Shown here: in pieces, positions 37,518-54,509 of the stretch
Position numbering within the stretch: the stretch's first letter is position 1
Layout: each line of letters begins with the position of its first letter
DNA from: Batkoa obscura
Lineage: Eukaryota
DNA: 64,000 bases
Assembly (NCBI GenBank): GCA_030770535.1
Contig: JASVEC010000027.1
Span: 558,001-622,000, forward strand
Direction of reading: 5' to 3'
Notes under the pieces: generated by a model
What the model saw: the letters and a program-made list of their open reading frames with translations, nothing else
What the model was told of the DNA's origin: nothing
Database searches by the model: none
Translations under genes and position numbers: made by a program

Positions 37518-40500
37518 ATGACCGAAGTGGGCTATTTAAACCACTTACACGGGGCATTGTCCTCGATTTCAAATTCAAATGGTGAATATATCGATTTATT
37601 CAACTTTTCTGGTGTTAAACCGACTCAAGCAAGCGGCATTGAAGCTGCTATACAAAGGCTTATCGAAAGGCAAAATCAATTAGAAGAAAAGGTTAAGCTT
37701 TATGAGGTAGATTGTTATTAATTATTTAATCAAGTACTTATCATTTGAAAATTTAAATTATATACAAAAGGACAAAGAAAAAGAAAGAAAGCTGAGTGAA
37801 AACAGCACTAACAAAGAAGAAGTAAGAGACATGGATAAATCAGTAGACTTTGAAGGTTTAAAAAAGTCTGATTTCTTTGATGCTTGTAATAAAGTTGTTG
37901 AAGCTGTAGAACTAGGCGATTTATCCCAAAGAATAACTTTAGATGTTCCAGAAGGTCCATTATCCAAACTCAAATGCTCTATTAATTCATTAGCTGGAAA
38001 CTTAGAAAACTTTACTGGTCAATTAAACACTGTTGTTAGAGGTGCTGGTGTTGAAGGTAAATTGGGAATAAAGGCTAAAGTCGATCGAAACGTAAAAGGA
38101 ACATGGCTTGAAATTGTACAAAACGTCAATTTGATGTCAATTAATCACTCGGAACAGGTTAGAGCAATTGCTGAAATTAGCACTGCTGTCGCTCATGGAG
38201 ATTTATCGAAAAAAATTACTATAGATGTCAAAGGAGAAACTTTGGTTCTTAAAAATACTTTAAATCGAATGGTTGATCAATTAAATTCTTTTGCATCAGA
38301 AGTAACTAGAGTTGCTCACGAGGTAGGTACTGAAGGAAAATTAGGTGTTCAAGCTAGAGTTATAGATGTAGGAGGAACTTGGAAATTACTTACTGATAAT
38401 GTTAACACTATGGCTTCAAATCTTACAGCTCAAGTAAGAGATATTGCAGATGTTTCTAAAGCAGTTGCTCGTGGTGATTTATCAAAGAAAGTTACCGTTG
38501 ATGTTAAAGGTGAAATTAGGGATCTTAAAGATACTATCAATACTATGGTTGATCAATTACAAACATTTGCAACCGAAGTAACACGTGTCTCTCTGGAAGT
38601 AGGCACAGAGGGAAAATTAGGCGGACAAGCTATTGTAAAAGACGTTGGAGGTACATGGAAAGACCTCACAAACAATGTTAACCTTATGGCATTTAATTTA
38701 ACTGCACAAGTCCGTGATATTGCAGCGGTTTGTACAGCTGTTGCATGTGGTGATTTATCTAAGAAAGTTACAGTTCCAGTGCGAGGAGAAATCCTTGAGC
38801 TAAAAATAACTATTAATACTATGGTCGACCAGTTAAGGACGTTTGCAGCAGAAGTAACTCGAGTGGCACGAGAAGTAGGTACAGAAGGAAAGCTGGGAGC
38901 TCAGGCAGAAGTAGATGGGGTGGGCGGGACGTGGAAAGTTCTAACAGATAGCGTGAATACTATGGCAACAAATCTAACAGCACAGGTTCGGGATATAGCT
39001 AATGTTTCTAAAGCAGTTGCTCGTGGAGATTTATCAAAGAAAATTACAGTTGATGTTAAAGGTGAAATACTTGATCTCAAAAAAACAATTAATACCATGG
39101 TGGACCAATTAAGAACTTTTGCTACAGAAGTAACAAGAGTATCATTAGAAGTAGGTACTGAAGGAAAACTTGGGGGTCAAGCAGTAGTAAAAGATGTTGG
39201 TGGTACTTGGAAAGATTTAACCGATAATGTGAACATTATGGCAGCCAATCTTACAGGCCAAGTACGTTCTATTGCAGAAGTTACCACAGCTGTTGCAGAA
39301 GGTGATTTATCCAAGAAAATCACTGTTGATGTTAAAGGGGAGATACATCTTCTTAAAACCACGGTCAATTCAATGGTTGATAGATTAAGAACTTTTGCAG
39401 CAGAAGTAACAAGAGTAGCTAGAGAAGTAGGTACAGAAGGAAAACTTGGAGTACAGGCTCATGTCAAAGGTGTGGGAGGTACTTGGAAAGAGCTTACTGA
39501 CAATGTAAACACTATGGCTGCTAATTTAACGGCTCAAGTTCGAGATATTGCTGATGTGTCAAAAGCTGTAGCCCGGGGTGATCTATCAAAGAAAATTACG
39601 GTAAACGTCAAGGGAGAAATACTAGATTTGAAGAATACTATAAATACTATGGTGGACCAGCTGCAGACATTTGCCACAGAAGTAACAAGAGTATCATTAG
39701 AAGTAGGTACTGAAGGAAAACTTGGGGGTCAAGCAGTAGTAAAAGATGTTGGTGGTACTTGGAAAGATTTAACCGATAATGTGAACATTATGGCAGCCAA
39801 TCTTACTAGTCAAGTACGTTCTATTGCAGATGTAACTACTGCTGTAGCTTGCGGAGATCTTTCAAGGAAAATTACAGTAAACGTCAAGGGCGAGATTCTA
39901 GAACTGAAAAATACAGTTAATTCTATGGTGGACCAATTAAGAATGTTTGCAGCCGAAGTTACTAGGGTTGCTAGAGAAGTGGGTACCGAAGGTAAGCTTG
40001 GTGGTCAAGCGCATGTAAAGGACGTTGGTGGTACTTGGAAAGAGCTTACCGATAATGTAAACACTATGGCAGCTAACCTTACCCTTCAAGTGCGAGATAT
40101 TGCTAATGTATGTAAAGCTGTAGCTGGAGGTGACCTATCTAAAAAGATTACTGTATCGGTAGAGGGCGAAATATTTGATTTAAAGAATACCATCAATACT
40201 ATGGTGGATCAATTGAGAACTTTCGTTTCTGAAGTAACGCGTGTTGCAAGGGAAGTAGGTACTGAAGGGAAATTAGGCGTTCAAGCACAAGTTAAGGATG
40301 TATCTGGTACTTGGAAAGAGATTACTAATAATGTGAATACTATGGCAAACAATTTGACCACGCAAGTTAGGGCGTTTGCGCAAATTTCTGCAGCAGCTAC
40401 TGATGGTGATTTCACTCGCTTTATTACTGTGGAAGCTTCCGGTGAGATGGACTCTCTCAAAACAAAAATTAATCAAATGGTCTATAATTTAAGGGAAAGT

Positions 40501-42066
40501 ATTCAAAAGAATACAGCAGCAAGAGAAGCAGCCGAGCTTGCTAACAGAGCTAAGTCCGAGTTTTTAGCCAATATGTCTCATGAAATTAGAACCCCAATGA
40601 ATGGCATCATAGGAATGACTGCTCTTACTTTAGAAACCGAATTGAACCGCCAGCAGAGAGAGAATTTAATGATTGTCTCAACCATGGCAAATTCCCTTCT
40701 TACAATCATTGATGATATTTTAGATATATCTAAAATAGAAGCTAACAAATTAGTTCTTGAGCAAATCCCATTTTCGATTCGCTCTTCAGTATTCTCTGCT
40801 CTTAAAACTTTAGCTGTTAAAGCCAGTCAAAAGAGATTAGATTTGATTTATGATATTGATGGATCTATACCAGATCAGCTTATTGGGGACTCGTTAAGAT
40901 TGCGTCAAGTCATTACCAACCTTATTGGAAATGCAGTTAAATTTACTTCTAAAGGTAAAGTAGTACTTACTGCACAAACTAAAGAAATTCGAGGAGATCA
41001 AGTTGTGCTATTATTCTGTGTAGCTGATACTGGTATTGGTATTGATTCTGAAAAGATCAATTTAATTTTTGATACTTTCCAACAAGCGGATGGTTCTACT
41101 ACTAGAAAGTATGGTGGCACTGGGCTAGGTTTATCTATCTCTAAAAGATTAGTTGCTTTAATGGGAGGTGAATTATGGGTTCATAGTGTAGCAGGACAAG
41201 GTTCTGAATTTTATTTTACAATGACATGTACTATTGCAGAAATTACACATGAATTAGCTATATCTAGATTAACCCCTTACCTTAATCGTACAATTGCTAT
41301 CTTTGATAGCCTTAAACACCCAGCAATGGATCAAGTTAAAGAGATGATCCATTCCTTGAAGCTAAATAGCTTAACATTTCATACTGTTGAGGATGCTAAA
41401 AAGTGCTTTAAAACAGATCCAAAAGATAAATCAAACCCTGTTGTTGATACAGTAATCGTCGATGATTTATCTTATATTGAAAAGGTTCGTGATGTACATT
41501 CACTTAGATACGTACCTATAGTATTAACCGTACCTAATATGCCACCCATAGTAATGAAAACTTGTATGGAACTTAGTATCTCTGGATATATCAACTTCCC
41601 AGTACTCTTCCCAGATTTGGTCAATGCCTTACATGCAGCTATGGAGTCATATTCAATGCTAGCCAATGAAACATCAAGATCCATCAAAAAATCACTCAAG
41701 ATTTTATTAGCTGAAGATAATATAGTAAATCAAAAACTAGCAGTACGTATTTTAGAAAAGTTTGGGCATAAAGTTACAATTGTACCTAATGGTTTAGAGG
41801 CATTTCAATCAGTTCAAAAATCAACATATGACCTTGTATTAATGGATGTTCAAATGCCTATAATGGGTGGTTTTGAAGCAACAGCAAAGATTCGAGAATA
41901 TGAAAAGGAAAACAATATGCATACTCCTATCATTGCGTTGACTGCGCACGCCATGATTGGGGATAGAGAAAAATGTATAAGTGCTGGTATGGATGATTAT
42001 GTAACCAAGCCATTGAGGTTTAATGAGTTAATTGCAAGTATTAATAAGTGTGTTAAAAAAGACTAA
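37518..42066 (+). CDS. NIK1: Group III hybrid histidine kinase (Nik1/Os-1 type) with poly-HAMP array; 2 exons
   Basis: 92-aa HAMP repeats, H-box [17 protein letters not shown]1/F/G2 boxes, receiver LLAEDN..MDVQMP..KP; intron 37707-37770 joins the 37518 exon in frame. Confidence 0.95.
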
Positions 42067-42640
42067 ATAGTATTTTACAATTGCTTTAATAATATATATT
42101 ATATTTAAGAATTTGTAGAGAATAGATTTGGGCCATTATTAATAAGATCAAGATAAAGTGTTTAATTTTTTTTGTCCAATTCCATTTTTTCGTATGATTG
42201 TAGACTATTCATAGCTTAAATAAAGTCAATCCAAATTTTATTAATTTATAATACTTTCAGCTTTATTATTATATGATATTTTATAGTTTTATTAAACAAT
42301 ATCATATAACTTTATTAATTTTAATATATTTATCATTATATATAGGCTATACATCATATTGAATATAATAATTTTTAAATAAAAATGTATAAACTACTTT
42401 AACTTTAATAAACTACATAAAAATTCTACTAAATACAAAATAAAAACTAATAATTATATCTTTCCTTTAGATAATAAAATTAAATTATAAATTTATGTTG
42501 AAACGATACATATTATAGTCAAACAGATAAAGGAAATAAAAAACCTGGAAAATGGAATCATTATTATAGTGGATAAAAGAAGGGTCAGAACATCAAAAAT
42601 GACTCATCTTTACTTGCCTTTCAAAGCTTAATTCATTTTC

Positions 42641-45591
<2,951 letters not shown>

Positions 45592-46157
45592 GATGATAAA
45601 CTATTGTCTACAATAAAAAAGGCTTTTTATAGTAAAGAAGAAACTTAATAGTTGAAAGAACTTTTTTATGCCACAATAAAATTTCCAAACTTTTTTAAAA
45701 TCACACACACAAAAAAATATTTCTAAGAATTGTTACTATATTAAGGTTGGCTTCAAATCATCTTAAAACCTTAACTTTTGGCTTCTATCTTCAACTTAGC
45801 CCAATTATCTTTCTAGCTTTTTGTCATTATGAAGTTGCAACAATTTATTAACTTAGCTTGGCGGCCAATAAATTTTACTTGATTCCAGTTTAATTATTAA
45901 TACGCGGCTAATTTGAAATTGATATAAGTTAGTATGTTATAACATTAGATAAAATGGATTTACTTTATATTTATAATAATATAGAAATCCTATTTATGCT
46001 TATTTAACAGTTTAATAATATTCTGCCATTTATAATAATCAAGAATATCAGATAATTTTAGTAGCTTAAAATTATAAAATGAAAATCTGTTTTTTTCAAA
46101 AATAATTTTTTGCTTATTTTTTTATTTGTAATAATTTCAATTAAAAAATAAGCAAGG

Positions 46158-46651
46158 ATGCCAAAGGATTCAGAGTATAATCTAGTTATCAAAGAGTCTT
46201 TGAAATTAAAAGGAAGTTCAAGGTAACAATTTATAACATCATTAATAATGGGCAAATACTGATAATTTATTTAGTAAAAAGAAAAAAAATAAAAAGAAAG
46301 TAAGAGAAGTTGAATCAACTGCTCAAATAGTTAAAGAACCTAGAAAAAAAACCGAGGCTGAAATCAAGTTTGAAAAAAATCAACAGAGAAGGGTAAGATG
46401 AAGTTAGTGGTTAGTTCGAAATTGTATTAACTATGACTTAGATTAAAGAAAGAGCTGAAAATTTAGCAAATAAAAGTCATAAGGATAAAGTTCAAGTAAG
46501 ATAGCTTCAATTCTAATTACTAGAAATTAATTTTTTTAGGAGTTCAATGAAAAATTAGACAAATTATCCGAACATTATGATATCCCAAAGGTATTAATTT
46601 TAAAAAGACTATTTAATTTTTATTTATCATCTCTAGGTCGGTCCCGGATAA
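46158..46651 (+). CDS. FAM32A (DUF1754) homologue; 5 small exons, absent from the ORF track
   Basis: [48 protein letters not shown]. Confidence 0.88.
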
Positions 46652-47066
46652 ATAATATTAATATTAAGCTTGCCGAATCAAGCTGAATTACACAAATACG
46701 TTTTGATCGTTTTGCAATAAATCATATTATACATTTATTCACTTTTGTAAACTGTGTTTAGATTGTGTTGTCTAATATAATGACTATAATAGTAGTAAAA
46801 CATATCTCACGTAAATAATGAAATGTTGTATTGTTGTTTGCTATTTATATCTATGTTCTAAATAGTATTATAAAACTTATTTATTTGAATAAGCAATTTA
46901 TATAGAAACCCTTGATTTGTTATTTGTATCGTATATAAAGTACAAAAACATGATAAATATTGTTAATAGTTAATTTAAGATAGCCCACAGATAAAAACCG
47001 CTAAACATTTATTAACTTTAATATTAACCCAGTACAATTTCGCTAAATTAAGTTGCTGAGTAACCC

Positions 47067-47913
47067 TTAATAATAAACTTTAATAAGAACGAGGATAACA
47101 ACCACCAATATAACAATAGCAGGTACTCCGTATTTACGATATAATAACTGAAGGTTTAAATTATGGGCATCTTTTCTATATTTCAAAGAGGAGTCTTTAA
47201 GCTGATCTGACAAAGAATTCATTTCTATAATTAGATTATTAATTTAAATTTAAGACTATAAGTATACTATTATTACTATCAAGAGAGTCTCCTCGCCATA
47301 ATAAGTCTTCCATGTTTTTGGTCATAATTCTAGTAACATCTTGCAAGTCCTCGTTAAGTTTTGATAAATTATCTTGTGCTCTTGAGTCTTGGTATATGCG
47401 TTTTGTTTTTTGTATAAAAGTATCTATTAAAACTGTTAATTTATTATTTATCACTATTGATTTAACTTACCAAATTTAATAAAAGCGTATGGTCTTAATC
47501 CTGGCTTATTTATTTCTGCCGAATAACTACCAATAAACTCTCTAGCTAATTCTTCAAGATAACTGAAGGCTAATTTCCTTGGATATGCTTTTTCACAAAT
47601 ACAAAGGTAGCAGATTTCTTGATCAATTAAATAGCTATCAATTTAATTTTTAGTTATCCTGTTTATTAAAATAATATAATAAGTTACTGTAAAATATATC
47701 TACCAGACTCAATCGAGCATCTAGGTTCTGAATTTGTATTTAATTTCCTAAATAACAATTTTGTTTGTCCTTTGCACTCAGCCAACTCTGGAGGATCCTA
47801 ATTCAATTTACTAAGCTATCACTTACTTTACAAAATTAACTTACTTGATCATCGGTTGATGCTGCAAGTGGAAGCCCATCAAATACTCGTGCAATTGTTG
47901 TTGACAATACCAT
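47067..47913 (-). CDS. SEC22: R-SNARE Sec22; multi-exon
   Basis: MVLSTTIARVFDGLPLAAS, YPRKLAFSYLEEL, RPYAFIKF, LQDVTRIMTKNMEDLLWRGDSLD, C-terminal TM. Confidence 0.95.
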
Positions 47914-48347
47914 GTTAAAAAATTAAGAAACTAATTATTGTTCGATTTCCATTTAGCCATTGTTTTGACTTTACGTGGCAAATTATTATGATGTAATTCT
48001 TGAGCAGCTAATTTTCGCAATGATCTCACTTGGATTGGGTAAGCTTCCGCATTTGATAGTGAGTAATTTATCATTTAACATTTTATTAATAAAGTTGTTT
48101 AATAATTTGAATAGAATTAATTAGTTATTAACAATATTAAATTTATTAATAAAATATTTTACATTCTGAGCCTGTTTTTTAAAATATAAATCCATAATAA
48201 TTAAAATGACAATAGCTTATATAAACATTAAATTGTAAAGTTATTTTTAATAAAGCTATAACAAAAGTAATACAGTATTCATTAAAATAAAACATAGATT
48301 AATTTATCACTTATAATTAGATGTTAATATTTATTTTATTAAAATAA

Positions 48348-49709
48348 CTATTCCTTTTTTGGTGGGTTTCCAAAGTTGCCATTTTTAAACTGTTCAGCCC
48401 TACAATAAATATTAATAAACGCTATATTTTAAATTGTTATAATATTACATTTTAGCAACTTTAGGATCATTCATTAAAGAGGCAAGTGGATTTTCGCCAT
48501 TTGAATTGTCTTGGTTTCCCATAAAATTTTGTGCCCTAAAGGATACGATATTAGTGTAAATAAAAAAGCAAAATTTTCAACTTACATGTCCATCATTTTA
48601 GAAGGATCTTTCATCATTTCATCATAAGCTCCAGATTTCATAAATTGTTGAGCCATATTCATAATAGCTGGATTATTCATTAATGATCCTAAATCCATAC
48701 CAGCAAGTGGGTTGCCACCGCCATTACCACCTAAACCAGCAGCCATGTTGGCAAGGTTGGCAAATGGATCGGCAGCTGGAGCTGATTCTGAAACTGATCT
48801 ACTTTCATCTTTTTTACCACTACGTGCTTTAGAATTTTCTAAAGCTGATTTGACATTACCGTTATTTGGGTCTAATTCTAAGGCTTTAGTGTAAGCTTCT
48901 ACAGCTTCATCAAAGGCGTTTTTGCAATAATAAGCGTGTCTGAAAACGTTAAGTTATTTGATTAAGTAATGACAATAAAATATTACCCTAATCTACTGTA
49001 AGCTTTAGAGTAGGAAGGATTAATTTCAGTAGCTTTGATGGCATCAGCAATAGCGTTATCTTGATCACCGAATTGAGAGTAAGCAGCAGCACTATATATT
49101 AAAATAAGGAAAATAAAACTATTCAAAATAAATATTACCGGTTAGAATAGTAGACAGCATTATTGTCAACAAGTTCAATAGCTTTAGTATATAAATCTAT
49201 TGCCTCTGAGTAATTCTTTTCAGTTAATTTAGTGTTTCCTACAGAATAATAATTAGCACTTTGGTTTATAATAAACATTGTTGATATTCTACCTAATCCT
49301 TTGAATTCTTCAGCTTTCTTCTTCTTTTCTTCTTCGGTCAAAGTACTTTTTTCGATACTTTCGGTAGCTGGCTATAAATTATATATTAATAAAGAAATAA
49401 ATTAAAAATCTGTTTGTTACCTTTTGGGATTTCTTTTGAGTTTTTACAAAAACATTAAAAATTTGTAACAAAGTGGTAGGTTTGATCGAGAGTTCTTCTT
49501 TTTGCTTTGCGTCACTAACATCTACCCCAAATACCTCTCCAATACATTGGGTGGCAACTAAATTTTATTTCACTTAATTATTATTTAAATTTTGATTTCT
49601 TTAATTTACCCTCTAGACTTTCAGCGTCTTCACTCTTTATTGTTCCATCTTCAACACAGGTGTTCAAAAATTCTATAAATGAAAACACTAATTGCTTTTT
49701 GCTATCCAT
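48348..49709 (-). CDS. SGT2: SGT2/SGTA TPR co-chaperone; multi-exon
   Basis: ESLEVATQCIGEVF dimerization domain, TPRs (YYSNSAAAYSQ..YSKAYSRLG), Met/Gly-rich C-terminus (LGSLMNNP). Confidence 0.92.
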
Positions 49710-50316
49710 TTTAATTTATTTTTTGTTAAAAAGTTAAAATGACAAACTCTAAGTTTGTTTTTATATCCTCAATTTAATTGGATAATTCGTTTTAATTTCA
49801 AAAAAAATGTTTTAGTCTAGATTTACTATATTAACCCATGTTTTATATTAGTATTATTTGTCAGGTTTTTTCGAATCAGGTTATATAATTCCCTATTATA
49901 ACAAATTATTGTAACTTACTGTTGAAAACTCAATTTTTGCTTTAGGTTATTTAACTATTATCATTTATATATTTTAATAGGTTGTCAAAGCTAAATTAAA
50001 TTTTTACCGAATTTCTATTTCTATTTTTATCTTTATTTTTATTTTATTATTTAATTTGTCATAAAATAATAATCTACAATACCTATTCATTTTCAACAAC
50101 TTGAGCTTTTCTATTATCATATAATTTTGATTTTGATTTTCACTAATAAATACTTTATGTAGACTCAATTTATTTTTCATCCAAAACAAACTTTTAACTG
50201 AAAATAGAAAAAAATGGATACAAATATATTTAAAAATAGTAAGCCAAAGGATAACATTTAGCTCTAATATTTAATTTAAATTTAACTAGCACTTTATGGT
50301 GCATATTATCTCGCTT

Positions 50317-53300
50317 TTAATCCTCCATACCTGGTGGAAGTTCGGATGGTTTTATCATACCTGGTACTTGAAGTGCTACTTCTCTTTCTTGCTTCTTCTT
50401 TGCTTCTAAAGCAATTTCTCGGTCAGCAAGATACAAATCGGCATTATCGTTCCCAAATTCCTAAAAATAAATTAATTTGTGTTTAATTTATAGACTATAC
50501 TATTACCTTTAAGCTGATCAAGAAGTCACGAACATGTAGTTTAAATTTATGTAAATCTCCAGAATATAATTGCATCCCTTGTACAAACGTAGTTACAGCG
50601 TTCCTAATAAGAATAAGTAAAAGATTCATTGTTGAAAAGTAATAAATTACGGTGATAAATGAGAGAAAGTATTAGAGATCAAAGCAACTAAAAATGATTG
50701 CATATAAGATGAATTGGTTCTAATATCAGGTTGTCTTTGGAAATTTGGGAAATTCAAATCGCAATTGATCTGGTTGCTTTCAACAATATGAAGAAGAGTG
50801 GACAAAAGGATACATTGGGAGTGGAATCCTAAAATATTTTAGAATAAATCAAATTTTTGTAAATTTCAATTACCGTTTTTATGCTGAGTATCAAATAAAA
50901 TGTACACGGCTTCACTTATATGTGTAAGCGCAAAAGCTTGGTAAAAAGAATTAGCAACACTGGGATCTCCTTGTAATACTCTTTTAAAGATCTCATTAGA
51001 AAGAGATAATGCAGTCTCAGAAATATCTCTCATTGTATGTTTAAACCCATAAGTTATGGTTAACATGAACAAATCGAATAGATTTCCTGGTGCACCAATA
51101 ACCCCTATTAATATTAATATAAGTAAAACATAACATAAAAAAAAGTTACCTTCAAAGCAATAAGTAATAAGTTTATGAAGAAGTTTATAAAATGAGATTC
51201 TGATCTCAGGATAATTAGTAAGCTCATGACTAATCATTTCTATTGTACATTGAAGGATATGATTAAAGATATCTGCTACTTTGCCATTCAAAGCACTCTA
51301 AAAGACATATAAATACAAGTAATCATTATAAATAGTAATCTTACCCCTAGTTGTTCAGCACAAGAACCAAAAAGATCAAGAACTTCTGGTTCTTTAGATA
51401 AAGGATTACTTTCGCGATAACTTAAAAGATAAGTATCAATAAGATTAGGAACAAGTTCCAGAAGAACGAATTCCTTATTGGTTGAGTTGCTAATGTAGAC
51501 ATCTAAAAGGATCAATGTTTCTTTTCTAACAATTCTAAGATTTTTAACTTTTGGAGTTCTTACAGCAACAGCGCCTAAAAATGCATTAGGATTATCTAAC
51601 AAGTGCGACTAAATTACCTTGTGAATCAATACACACATCAATAAGTCGAGAACATGTTTTATAAATATTTAAAAGACTGGGGAAAAGTATAGATAATTGA
51701 CGGCTGAATCCTGGACCTACAGATTTACATACAGCAGAAAAAGTTTTCAAACAATAACCCATATTTTTTACTTTTTCATTGTCTTCCAAGATATTAGCAT
51801 CAGTAATTAATTGTACCCACTAATTTTAGTATTTAGTTCAAGTTTGGTTATAATAAAAGTATCATTACTATTTGATTTGTATCATTTAAGAGCGCTTCTA
51901 TCATTGCTACTTGGTTCTCGATGTTCTCATCGGAAGCGATCATATGGCCAATTGATTCATAAACAGATACTCTTTGTACAGGTGTTAATTCATCAATTAT
52001 TCTTGGCAAATCATTAATTATTTTATGAATGTATGGGATCTGATCATCAGGAGGGTGAGACACAACAAAATATTTTTTACAAGATTGAGCAACTGTATCA
52101 AAAGTATCACAAGCCATATCTTGAACACCTAAAAAGGGTTAAAACAAATTAGATAAATTTCATTTTAATTATTACCTTCATGTGATTCGTGCATAAATTC
52201 AAATAATTTATTTACAACGGTTCTTAAAAACTTCCAATGATTACGTAAAAATCTAGGATATTGGCCAACAGTATACATGATATTTGATGCAACAATTGCC
52301 TTGTTATCTTTTCCTTTTTTGACTTCACATAAAGTCAATAAGTCTCTAACTACACTTACTAAAAACTTTTTCTCCATTTCAGAATCTAAATAAATTAAAA
52401 CTTTGTTTCTATTAAATATTAAAATAATTACGCATAGCCCCAGAGATGGATCCAATAGACCAACATAATTTATTTAATTTGGTCTTATCCCAACATCCTT
52501 CATTAAACTAAATTATATTACTACTCTATCTCTTAAGTTTAATTATAATTATCTTACCATAAAGTGCAAACTGCTTAACATCACTTGTTCTGTATCTACA
52601 ACATCTAAATGGGTCAAATAAACTAAACATTCACGCATGGTTTTATATAAAGCGATAGTGTCAGTTTCTTTTTGAGTCTCACGAACAACTTCACCATATT
52701 CGTTTTCAATAATAAGGACCTTTTAAGTATTAGGATATATTGTAAAATGATAGAATTTAAATTACTTCTTCAGGTTTAACCATTGTTTCAATCATAGCTC
52801 TTCTAAGGGCTGGAATAGTTATTGCGTAAATATCTTTTCTTAAGGTTTTGTTAGGAACATCCCCGTTGCCACCTACTTCGGTACCAAGATTAAGTAAAGG
52901 TGCATCAGGAGCTTGAACGTTTTTCATTTCGTTGAATAACCCAGTGAGCTAAAAGAATAAGAAACTGTGCTACAAATATACAAATTATTACCAAAAGATG
53001 CCAGTATTCAAGACAGATCTTAAAAAGTTCTCTTTCGTCAACCAAAGTTATTCTCACTAAATAAGAGTGTATCTCCAAAAGTGTATCTTTGTTACCAAAT
53101 TGTTCAGCCATCTATAACAGCTATTATAAAAATAAAAATATAGTATATAAAAATTACTAATAAATGCTTTTCAAAAAATCCGGTAAAAAACATTGTAACA
53201 TTTTGAACATACTCTTGGTCATTATTAGGAAGACCATCATATACAGCAGCAAGATCTAAATGGAGTGTTAAAAAACATGATGAACTAATTGAAATAGTTT

Positions 53301-54509
53301 ACCAATATGACTGGGTATTAATGATTTAAGACCTTCGAATACTAGATTTACTAACAAAAGTAGTTTCTCGCTATGGACAGGCGGGGCAGGTTGACAAACG
53401 ACTTGAGTAATACATTTAAGAGTTAAATTCCTAAATTGTACTTCAGGAAGAAACTAAAAGGATAAGTTGGTACTCCTTAAATTAAAAAGAGCTTACTCTG
53501 CTAACCAAAATGTTTAAAAGATCCGAATTGAACACAAAATCAAGTGGAATCCAATTCAAGAAACGTGAAAGAGTTTCTAAAGTTGAATTTACTAAACCTG
53601 GGGTTTGAGCTTTGGCTAATACATCAAGACATAATTGAAAGACTTGCTGAAACTCTTCTTCCATTTGGTGTTTCAAATATTTTATTTTATTTTGAGTTAA
53701 ACTTTCCTCAGAAAAATCATAAATCTCTTCACTAAATTTATATTAAATTAAATCCTATATTATGCTTATAATCTACCTTAAATATCTAAGAATTTGCATA
53801 TTGTTTTCACAAATTGATAAATTTCCTCGACTAGAAGTAATGAGATCTGGAATAAAAGTTGGCCAGTTATGAGGCCACTCTTGTTTAAGCAACTAATGAA
53901 GTTATTAGTATAATGATAATAATAATACTCTAAAAAATTACTTCAACAATAGTTAAATTTAACTTTTTGAGATAAAGTTTATGAGCTTGTAATTGTGCTT
54001 CAGTAGAAGCATCTTTAAGCAAAAGATTAATGGCAAACTTTTTGATTGCTTAACAAAAAATCAATATGTATATTAAAATAGACGAGGATAGCAAACCTTC
54101 TTTTTGGGATGGATTAATGGACTTCCAACGAGTTTGGATAAACTTTTCTAGAATTGCCAAACCGATAAACTAAACCTATTAAGAAAATGAAATGAAGATG
54201 TATAAAAAATATACCTTTGTTTGAGGAAGTTGACATCTTTCGAGAATCTGATCGACCAAATTCCAAGCTTCTGGGTGATGCTGATATCTATTTAAGGCTT
54301 CCATACAGTTTTTTTGCTTTAAAAATGTTAATTATAGAATTCTAATTGCAAACCAACTTACTTCTATACCACGCCCAGTATAAGCTTTATTAACAATTTC
54401 ATCCAACAAGTTCGGATTAAAAGGTGAATTAAAATCAAAAAGAGCCTAAAAAACCAAAGTCAACATAGTTTTAAACTAAATATAACAGTAGTACTTCTAT
54501 TTGATCCAT
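50317..54509 (-). CDS. CRM1: Exportin-1 (Crm1/Xpo1); many exons
   Basis: [73 protein letters not shown]. Confidence 0.96.

Noticed and set aside
51596..51617. Apparent 22-nt intron in CRM1
   Set aside because: The downstream acceptor (TTTTAG at ~51575) gives a normal ~43-nt intron and restores the conserved [11 protein letters not shown]
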